Origin: Octopus sinensis
Taxonomy: Eukaryota
DNA: 12,495 bases
NCBI RefSeq assembly: GCF_006345805.1
Contig: NW_021826572.1
Span: 1-12,495 of the forward strand
Direction: 5' to 3'
Position 1 is the stretch's first letter; each line of letters opens with the position of its first letter. Of the stretch, positions 1 to 7,562 are shown piece after piece. A program made the position numbers and the translations under genes. The notes under the pieces were generated by a model. The model searched no databases. It was given only the letters and a program-made list of their open reading frames with translations, and was not told the DNA's origin.

Positions 1-297
1 ATGTATGTTGTGGCGTGATGCTGTTTTGCTAGAAAGGAAATAAGAAGCAGAGTGCCACAGACTGAAGGGGGCGCGTCGTGTGTTCTGGTGTCTTGGTGTC
101 TACAAAATATTGGTTAAGAGGGGAGGGGGAATTGTGGTGGTGTAGGGTCGGGGAGGTGTTTGACCAGTGAAACGGACGTCAGTGGATCGATGCGTTGTTG
201 CAACTGGCCATCTTACATCGGTGACACCCTGTCGTGTCTGGGTTTAGTAAGTAGAAAACACTCCCCCTCAGATATTTCCTCGCATCATACAAATATG

Positions 298-715
298 GAT
301 GTATGTATGTGTACGTACGTATGTGTGTGTGTATGTGCCTATCTGTGTGTACGTATATATGTATGTGCGTGTATATGTATATGTGTGTGCCCGTGTGTGT
401 ATGTGTATATGTATGCATGCATGTATGTGAATGTGTATATACATACACACACATTTATATATGGGAGCGTTTGTGTGTGTCTGTATGTTTGTATGTGTAT
501 GCATATGTGTATGTACGTGTATGTATGTATATATATGTGCGTGTGTATATGTGCGCAAGTGTATGTGTATATGTACATATGTATGTATGCATGTATGTAT
601 ATATATATAAATGTATATGTATATATATATTATACGTGTGTGTGTATATGTGGGTAAATGTGTGAATGTATGTGTATGTGTATGCATGTGTGTATGTATG
701 TGTGTATGTGTGTAC
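298..715. repeat. Degenerate (TG)/(TA)/(TATG) microsatellite field
   Basis: Continuous alternating purine-pyrimidine sequence such as gtatgtatgtgtacgtacgtatgtgtgtgt; source of the overlapping C/V/Y/M and H/T/I/Y ORFs. Confidence 0.95.
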
Positions 716-814
716 AACAATTAATTGACCTCATTCATTAAGTCCTTGGGTTGTTTTGATGGACCAACAGGACACTCGTCTGATAAGCAGGTAAATATTG
801 GTGGCTTTGTTTAG

Positions 815-1200
815 TGGTGGCGGCGGCGCCGCGGTGGTGGTGGTGGTGGTGTTTGCACGTGGGTGATGGTATGTGTGTTAATGTCGTGCAGTGTAGGTAG
901 CGCTATTGGTATGCAGATGTTGACGGAAGTGGTGATGCTGGTGGTGGTGGTGGTGGTGGTGGGGGTGGTGGTGGTGGTGGCGGCGGCAGTGGTGTGTAGT
1001 GTGAGGGAGATGATGTTGATACGATTGAGGTAGGTGGAGGTGGTGGTGGTAGTGCTGGGTGGTAATGGTAATAGTGATGGTGTTAATGTCGTAGTATTAT
1101 GTGGTTGCGGTGGTGGTGTAAGTGTGCGGTTGGCGGAAGTATGCAATGTGTAGGTGATAGTTTTAATTTTGATGGTGGGGTGGGTGAGGTCGTTGCGTTG
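815..1200. repeat. Degenerate (GGT)n low-complexity tract
   Basis: Runs of ggtggtggt at about 833-851 and 940-979 within G/T-rich sequence. Confidence 0.9.
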
Positions 1201-1269
1201 CCATGACAATGGTGTGTGGTCATTCTTTGGATACAAACTGCATTGTTATTTCATCGCCAACACGTCAAT

Positions 1270-1690
1270 AGGAGTGGGTGTGTGGTAAGTAGCTTGCTTA
1301 CCAACCACATGGTTCCAGGTTCAGTCCCACTGTATGGCACCTTGGGCAAGTGTCTTCTACTATAACCTCGGGCCGACCAAAGCCTTGTGAGTGGATTTGG
1401 TAGACAGAAACTGAAAGAAGCCCATCGTGTATATGTATATATATATATATATATATGTGTGTGGGGGGGGAGTGTGTGTGCGTGTATGTATGTGTGTTTG
1501 TGTTTGTCGCCCCTCCCCAACATCGCTTGACAACCGATGCTGGTGTGTTTATGTCTCCGTAAACGGTTCGGCAAAAGAGACCGATAGAATAAGTACTAGG
1601 CTTACAAAGAATAAGCTCTAGGGTCGATTTGCTCGACTAAAGGGAGTGCTCCAGCATGGCCACAGTCAAATGACTGAAACAAGTAAAAGA
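1270..1690 (+). mobile_element. tRNA-derived SINE family A, copy 1 (near full length)
   Basis: A-box-like TGGGTGTGTGG, B-box-like GGTTCAGTCCC, then CACCTTGGGCAAGTG (resembles the start of the CORE-SINE domain), internal (TA)/(TG) microsatellite and a 3' end CAAATGACTGAAACAAGTAAAAGA. Collinear with four other long copies in the window. Confidence 0.92.
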
Positions 1691-1779
1691 GCAAGCTTAA
1701 GTTGCTTTTCTTGGTGTCAGTTAATCCGTCTGTTGTTGTCCACGATGATCAAGGAGTTCACATGGGAGCTCAGATTTTC

Positions 1780-1813
1780 AAAGCGGTACTCCAATGACTA
1801 ACATAAGTAAAAG
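1780..1813 (+). mobile_element. Degenerate 3' tail fragment of SINE family A
   Basis: aaagcggtactcc-aatgactaacataagtaaaag resembles aaggcggtgctcc...aatgactgaaacaagtaaaag with an internal deletion. Confidence 0.45.
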
Positions 1814-1879
1814 GTAAAAAATAAAATGTAAATACACCAGGTTATCCAAAGATAAGGCTTTACTTCCACACATGCCAGC

Positions 1880-2216
1880 TTAATTTAATTCGTCCTTAGT
1901 CGAAAGACACCTGTTGTTATGTCCTGTTATTTGTATTTGTGTAACATTCTCCGTTCTTTTTTTCGTCCTTGTTTTCGTATACATTTCTTCCAAAGATTCT
2001 AATGCTCTTAGCTTAGTTTTTCCTTGGGGTTGGCCAAATTGGAGCAATCTCGAGTATAACAAGCCGAAATTGCTAACATAATCTGGAACTCGACTGAGGA
2101 AAGAATACTCCGAATGGCCCATCTTTGTTTTCATTGTATCGTCTATCTGGATGTTTTGTTTTCCCTTTTTTGTATCACCTAACTGTCTGGATGCTTTGCA
2201 TTCTTGTCCTATTTTG
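1880..2216 (+). mobile_element. Interspersed repeat family C (unclassified, possibly a Penelope-related terminal repeat), copy 1
   Basis: Its first 110 nt (ttaatttaattcgtccttagtcgaaagacacctgttgttat...ctccgtt...tacatt) align with the reverse complement of about 9775-9906. Ends at a (TA)/(TG) microsatellite. Strand assignment is arbitrary. Confidence 0.65.
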
Positions 2217-2239
2217 TATATATACATATATGTGTGTGT

Positions 2240-2398
2240 GTAGTGAGGATTTACAAAAATACAACATACGAAGACAGGTGTGTAAACAACAAATAGATGC
2301 ATTAGTTTTTTACGTTTCGAGCCTACGCTCTTCGACAGAAAGGAACACAGAAATAAACAGAGAGAGAAAATAGAAAAAGGTTTAGTGGCTAGCGATCT

Positions 2399-2401
<3 letters not shown>
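2240..2401 (-). mobile_element. Short hammerhead-bearing element (Penelope pseudo-LTR-like) between TA/TG microsatellites
   Basis: Minus strand reads pyrimidine-rich leader, hammerhead motif, then ...cacacctgtcttc...; bounded on both sides by dinucleotide repeats. Same layout as 9176-9420. Confidence 0.6.
2308..2341 (-). ncRNA. Minimal type I hammerhead ribozyme motif, variant core (CUGUCGA)
   Basis: Minus strand: UUU-CUGUCGA-A-GAGC-GUAG-GCUC-GAAA-CG-UA-AAA. Stem I UUU/AAA, perfect 4-bp stem II, palindromic ACGU stem III, GUA cleavage triplet; A6 replaced by U. Confidence 0.65.
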
Positions 2402-2466
<65 letters not shown>

Positions 2467-2533
2467 TATATAATATATATATATACACACATATATATAT
2501 AAATATATATGAATGTATATATGTATGTATGTA
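2402..2533. repeat. (TA)n microsatellite
   Basis: About 29 perfect AT units at 2402-2460, followed by degenerate TA/TATG. Confidence 0.97.
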
Positions 2534-2579
2534 TTTTGGTGCAAACAGGAAAAATGGAATTCAGAAAATGAGTATATAC

Positions 2580-2972
2580 TCTTTTACTTGTTTCAATCAT
2601 TTGACTGCGGTCATACTGGAGCACCGCCTTTAGTCGAGCAAATCGATCTCAGGACTTATACTTTGTAAGCCTAGTACTTATTCTATCAGTCTCTTTTGCC
2701 GAACTGCTAAGTTACGGGGACGTAAACACACCAGCATCGGTTGTCAAGCGACGTTGGGGTGACAAACACAGACACACAAACACACATATACACATATATA
2801 TACATACATACGACAGGCTTTTTTCAGTTTCCATCTACCAAATTCACTCACAAGGCTTTGGTCGGCTCGAGGTTATAATAGAAGACACTTGCCCAAGGTG
2901 CCACGCAGTGGGACTGAACCCGGAACCATATGGTTGGTAAGCAAGCTACTTACCACACAGCCACTCCTGCGC
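2580..2972 (-). mobile_element. SINE family A, copy 2 (full length)
   Basis: Reverse complement of copy 1, from tcttttacttgtttca to ccacacagccactcctgcgc. Confidence 0.93.
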
Positions 2973-2997
2973 TTATGTATATTTTTATTTATATTTA

Positions 2998-3144
2998 TAG
3001 CAGAAGTATCAGAGGGACTCAAGAGTCGAGAGTTTCGTGTGTTGGCACTTATCGAACTGGTCACTAGACTTCGACCTGTAACCCGTTCGTTAAGTGCCAG
3101 CGCACGAAACTCTCGGCTCCTGAGTCCCTCCGTTACTTCTGCTA
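2998..3144. repeat. Long imperfect palindrome 1 (about 70-bp arms; foldback/MITE-like)
   Basis: Left arm tagcagaagtatcagagggactcaagagtcgagagtttcgtgtgttggcacttatcgaac matches the reverse complement of the right arm (tagcagaagtaacggagggactcaggagccgagagtttcgtgcgctggcacttaacgaac) without gaps. Confidence 0.92.
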
Positions 3145-3160
3145 AATATTAACAAAACTT

Positions 3161-3286
3161 TTATCTCGAAACAAGAATATTAATGACAGGGACTTCGAAG
3201 TTTCAGCCAGGTAAGCCAGCTAGACGATGGCTTAGGTGACCGAAACTCCGAAGTCCCCGTTGCTAATAGTGTTGTTTAAGAATAAT
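3161..3286. repeat. Long imperfect palindrome 2
   Basis: gggacttcgaagtttc pairs with gaaactccgaagtccc; inner taagcca (3212-3218) pairs with tggctta (3228-3234); outer aaacaa..tatta pairs with taata..ttgttt. Confidence 0.88.
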
Positions 3287-3361
3287 ACATTTGTACTCTA
3301 CAACACAATAGAGTAACCGATGAGTTTAATATAAAATTGTCTTTTCTATAGCTGAACATAA

Positions 3362-3395
<34 letters not shown>
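3362..3395. repeat. (CA)n(TA)n microsatellite
   Basis: Direct reading. Confidence 0.95.
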
Positions 3396-3694
3396 CGCCT
3401 GTTGATAATGATTTGTAAAAGAACAAGCAGAGTATAAGTTACGACATAATTGATAGCGTATCAAATCCAACAGGTAAGCCATTACCTGTCAACCAGTCGG
3501 GGGTCCCCTCTATAACCCTGTACCGAGAGAGAAAGACACAAGGAGAGAGGGAGAGAGGGAGAGGGGGACAAGGAGAGAGAGCAAGAACGTTGACACTGTT
3601 GTCATTCTCTCACAGTTTCTTCTCGGTTTGCCTTTCGTCAGCTAACGATTTACATAATATTGTATTGCAAAAGGTCAAACGACGACCAAGTTGA

Positions 3695-4955
3695 ATGAGA
3701 GGTGGGGAGAGGAAGGGTGGGACATTGGTGAAGGGAGGAGGAGGAGGAGGATATTGTTTCTGAGAGAGAGAGAAAGAGAGAGGGAGAGAGAGAGAAAGAA
3801 AGAGAGAGGGAGAGAAAGAGAGAGAGAAGTGAGGAGGGATGAGTTTATTATTGTTGAGAGAGTGAGAGAGATTGACGAAGGGTGGAGGGTGAGATATTGT
3901 TGTTTAAAGAAAGGGGAGGGGATGAATTGTAAGGAAAGAGAGAGCTGAAAGAATGTTGTATAGAGTGAGAGGGAGGGAAAGTGGAGGGAAGAGGAAAGCG
4001 ATGTCGGTGGGGGGGGGGAGAAAGAGCGACAGAGAGAAGGATTAAATAAAGTTTGAAAAGGAGATGTGTGTGTGTATGAGAGAGAGAGAGACATAGAGAG
4101 AGAGAGAGACAGACAGAGACAGACAGACAGACAGAAGGTATGAATAAAGTTGGGAAGACGAGAGCGAGAAAGAGAGTGGGAGAAGAGGGAGAAAAAGAGG
4201 TTATAGAATGAAGGGAGAGGTAGAAGGATAAGTATAAAACGATAGGGGGGGGGGAAGAGAAGTGAAGTAACGGGCAGGGGGAGGAGAAAGACAGCGGTAT
4301 GAGGATGGTAATGGAAGAGAGAGAGAGAGAGAGAGAAAGAAAGAGAGAATGTAGTGAGAAATGCAGTGAGAGAGAGAAGGAAAAAGGGGAGGAAATAAGG
4401 AAGGAGATAAAGCGTTGGAGAGAAGAGAAAGAGAGTGAAGGGAAAGAGAGAGTGAGAGAAGGGGATAAGAAGGCGGAGGAAAAAAGAAATGAAAGAGAGA
4501 GAGAATAGCAGGAAGAAAGAGAGAGAGAGAAAGACAGCGAATAGTGAAAGAATAAAACAATAACAGAGTGAAAGAGGGAAGGAAAGAGAGAGAGAGAGAA
4601 CAGACTGACAAAGAATGAGAGGGAAGGAGATATATGAGGGAAAGAAAGGTGTCGTTTGGAAAGGAGCTTCGTCAGGGAGAGAGAAAATAGAGAAATATTG
4701 TAACAAATGAGAGGGGATTGGAAAGTAAGTCGGATAGAGAAAGCGAAAGCAAGGAGAAAAAGAAAGAAAGAAAGAAAGAACAGAAAGGAAGCCAAATAGA
4801 AAGGGAAAAAAGGAATGATAAAGAGAGAGTGGGGTGAAGCAGAATAGCAGGAGCCCTTCAATATAAACAGAAAAGAAATAGGCGGAATATACCGAAAATA
4901 ACCGGAGACGCTCGTAAAGAAATATAAATTGAGGGGTAAAAATAAAAGAAGAAAT
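3695..4955. repeat. About 1.25-kb purine-rich (GA/GGA/GAAA) low-complexity tract
   Basis: Strong A/G bias on the + strand with many (GA)n runs and G9-G10 runs at about 4009 and 4245; explains the long F/S/L-rich minus-strand ORFs. Confidence 0.92.
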
Positions 4956-5073
4956 ATATATTATAAACAAAATATTGCCGACTAATTACTAATTAAGTAC
5001 AAAGTAAACTTATTAAAGAAAACTATTTGAACGGGTGGCGACGACACCCGAAATGCTCTCTTTGTTCTTGCAG

Positions 5074-5440
5074 GCACGGACTATCTTCTCTAATGGCGGG
5101 GCAGACGACACATTTAAAGAATTATTTATTATCTGTTATTTATTATTAAATATTTATGTTTATATTTATAAAATGCATGTGGAGATTGTATTTAGTAATA
5201 ATAATTAGACAAATCTGCCTAATGATGAAACTGTAAGAAGGTAGCCATAGCGAAGCAGACGACGACTCCATAAATGATTATGTTGAATATATATATTTAC
5301 AATATAATGTTATGTATAATAATTATTGTATACATAAATAATATGGTATGTATACATACGGTTTGTTTTGTTTGTTAATAAATAAATGGAAAATGTTGTG
5401 TTGTGTGTAAAAAGGTTTATTGTGTGTAAACAAATAAACA
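5074..5440 (+). other. Candidate terminal exon (very short coding part plus AU-rich 3'UTR) of an unidentified gene
   Basis: Strong acceptor ctctctttgttcttgcag|G (AG at 5072-5073). One phase reads (G)TDYLL* with TAA at 5091-5093. Many ATTTA motifs follow, AATAAA at 5377, 5381 and 5433, and a GT-rich element at 5394-5408. Confidence 0.4.
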
Positions 5441-5546
5441 TCCTCAATCTGATGTCGCTGATGTTTTGTCAAAAATAACTAAAAAGAAGAGAATTTGGAG
5501 AAAAATAATGAAAAAAAAATACTGAAAAATAATTTCTGTTGGACAG

Positions 5547-6053
5547 TGGTGGTGGTGGTGGTAGTAGTAGTGGTGGTGGTGGCAATGATTGTAGGAGTGG
5601 TAGCAGTTGAAGTACGGTGGTGTTAATGTTGTGCTGGTGGCGGTGTAGAGGCGGTGGTGTGTTGATAACTGTTATGGCTTGGTTGTGGTGGTGGTGGAGG
5701 TGGTTGTGGTGACGGTGTAGTTGTGTGGTGGTGGTGGTAGTGGTGGTGGTAGTAGTTGCAGTGGTGGTTGTAGTGGTATTTGATGTGGTGGTGGTGGTTG
5801 CAGTGGTGATAGCAATAATGATGAATATAGAAGTGATGGTGGTAGTGGTACAGTGGTATTGAACATGAAGTCTAAAGGTTGTAGTAGTTGCGGTAGCGCG
5901 GGCAGTGGTATAGTGGTGATGTAGTAGTAGTAGTAGTGGTGGTGGTGGTTTTGGTGGTGGTGGCGACAGCTGTACTGCAGTGTTAGTGTAAAAGAAGTGT
6001 GGTGGTGGTGGTGATAGGAGTAGCAGTCGTAGAACAGTGGTGGTGGCGGTGAT
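5547..6053. repeat. Degenerate (GGT)/(AGT)n tract
   Basis: Repeated ggtggtggt and agtagtagt runs. Confidence 0.9.
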
Positions 6054-6121
6054 AGCGAAACTGTTCTACTGTTAAATAGGACTTTATTTGCAAAAGCTTT
6101 CTAGCCGTGGCCTTCTCGTTT

Positions 6122-6124
<3 letters not shown>

Positions 6125-6160
<36 letters not shown>

Positions 6161-6203
6161 ATATATATATATATTATATATATAATATATATATATATAT
6201 ATA
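6125..6203. repeat. (TA)n microsatellite
   Basis: Direct reading. Confidence 0.96.
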
Positions 6204-6422
6204 ATTAGGACCACATGTAACTTGGTGGTGGTGATGGTGGTGTTGTTGGCTCTAATGATGGAGGTGGTCGTGGTTGCAGAGATTGAAACATATTCTGGTT
6301 TACGTAAGGCGGAGTATCACAGTTTTAGATGTAATATGTATGACACGGTTTCAATTCTCAGTTGGAGCTAATTTTCGTTTCGGTACTTTGTGATTAACGA
6401 CAATGTCAGCTGTTTCACCCCC

Positions 6423-6652
6423 CTCTCTCTCTCTCCCTCTCTCTCTCTCTCATTATCTATCTATCTATCTCTCTTTCCCTCAAGTATACAAATTGCTTTA
6501 AGGTATTGAATTGCAGTGATGTCTCATTCTCTCTCTCTCTCTCTCTCTCGCTCTCTCTCTCTCTCTCACACACACACAAACACGCATGCGTGCACATACG
6601 CACACGCACGCACACATACACATTCACACACACACACTCTCATTTCCTCTCT
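6423..6652. repeat. (CT)n, (CTAT)n and (CT)n(CA)n microsatellite cluster
   Basis: (CT)n at 6423-6451 and 6530-6567; (CA)n at 6567-6637. Confidence 0.93.
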
Positions 6653-6724
6653 CTTTCTCAGATTTTTTTGTCACCCAGTATTTATGTATTTAGGGACTAT
6701 CTTATTTAACCTGGACCTCCTTCC

Positions 6725-6883
6725 GCGAGCTGGCAAAATCGTTAGCACTCCGGACGAAATTCTTAGCGGTATTTCGTTTGTCTTTACATTCTGAGATCAA
6801 ATTCCACTGAGGTTGACTTTGCCTTTCATCCTTTTGGAGTCGATAAATTAAGTACCAGTAAAACATTGCCTATAGTAGAAAGG

Positions 6884-6915
<32 letters not shown>
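6725..6915 (+). mobile_element. SINE family B, internally deleted copy with (ATT)n tail
   Basis: gagctggcaaaatcgttagcac...gagatcaaattcc...gactttgcctttcatcc...gtcgataaattaagtaccag aligns with the reverse complement of about 7817-7954; it then jumps to the tail gcctatagtagaaagg(att)n. Confidence 0.88.
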
Positions 6916-6916
<1 letters not shown>

Positions 6917-7462
6917 GAGTGAGAGAGCAGCGCATGCCATCAAAGTGACACTGGGATAAAATATACGAAGCTCAGTATACCCATCATGACTACCCGTCTG
7001 ATAAGGGTACACTAGACACATGCATCACAACCATATCTTGATCTTATATCAAGATAAACAGCGGATGACCTTGCAGGTGGGGCCCAGTTAGAATTTTCTT
7101 CTGGTCAAGTAAACCCATCCCGCTCAAAAGGTCCCTGAATAAGGGTTGTTTAAGGATGTTGAACGAAGCACCCATGTTTCCAGAGGTGAATTATTCAAAC
7201 TCCAAAGAATCCCTCTCAACAGATGGCTATGATGCTCCACCACTACTTCTACTCGTGATCAGAGATGCACATATCGTCAGCCGCTAAGGGACATGCTCAA
7301 CTGGTTAAGGTCAAACAACTGACAAGCAAATCTGTGGTATTGAGCAGAATATTTGCTGTGACCCATCTTTTATACCAAGACAAAACACTGTACATGATAA
7401 AACTTCCAATCAGTTAAGATCAGAAGCCATGAGAGCCACTGCCTGGTACTGCATTAGGGCAT
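6916..7462. mobile_element. Unclassified 550-bp complex sequence between (ATT)n and (ATC)n repeats; probable interspersed repeat
   Basis: Sharp boundaries at trinucleotide arrays on both sides and no convincing ORF. I recall similar sequence as a high-copy Octopus repeat (unverified); only one copy is in this window. Confidence 0.5.
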
Positions 7463-7471
7463 TATCATCAT

Positions 7472-7518
<47 letters not shown>

Positions 7519-7524
7519 GTAGTA
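7462..7524. repeat. Compound trinucleotide repeat (ATC)n-(AGC)n-(AGT)n
   Basis: ttatcatcatcatcatcatcagcagcagc...cagtagtagta. Confidence 0.95.
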
Positions 7525-7562
7525 TTCAACTCCCCGTTAATTCTCATTTAGCAGATCTATAT

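Noticed and set aside
160-720. Five overlapping ORFs of 79-165 aa
   Set aside because: Translations of TG/TA microsatellite (C/V/Y/M or H/T/I/Y); open only because the repeats lack stops.
811-1236. Thr/Pro-rich 141-aa ORF resembling a mucin (also 5672-5866)
   Set aside because: Antisense reading of (GGT)n low-complexity DNA.
1270-1345. tRNA gene
   Set aside because: A/B boxes are present, but it is the head of a repeated SINE with no complete cloverleaf or terminator.
1251-1621. Recurrent peptides such as HLPKVPRSGTEPGTMW and TDRISTRLTKNK suggesting a gene family
   Set aside because: They are translations of SINE-A copies (also at 2889, 9719, 10455, 11050, 11156, 11223); frames are not preserved between copies.
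3220-3247. Hammerhead-like CTAGACGA-TGGC...GACC-GAAAC in palindrome 2
   Set aside because: The core does not fit CUGANGA, and the bases are fully accounted for by the palindrome arms.
3675-4970. 431-aa and 337-aa hydrophobic ORFs resembling membrane proteins
   Set aside because: F/S/L/P-rich products of the pyrimidine-rich strand of a GA tract; several frames are open at once and no domain is recognisable.
7478-7516. Polyglutamine (CAG)n coding exon
   Set aside because: Part of a compound ATC/AGC/AGT microsatellite ending in in-frame TAG repeats, with no splice or ORF context.
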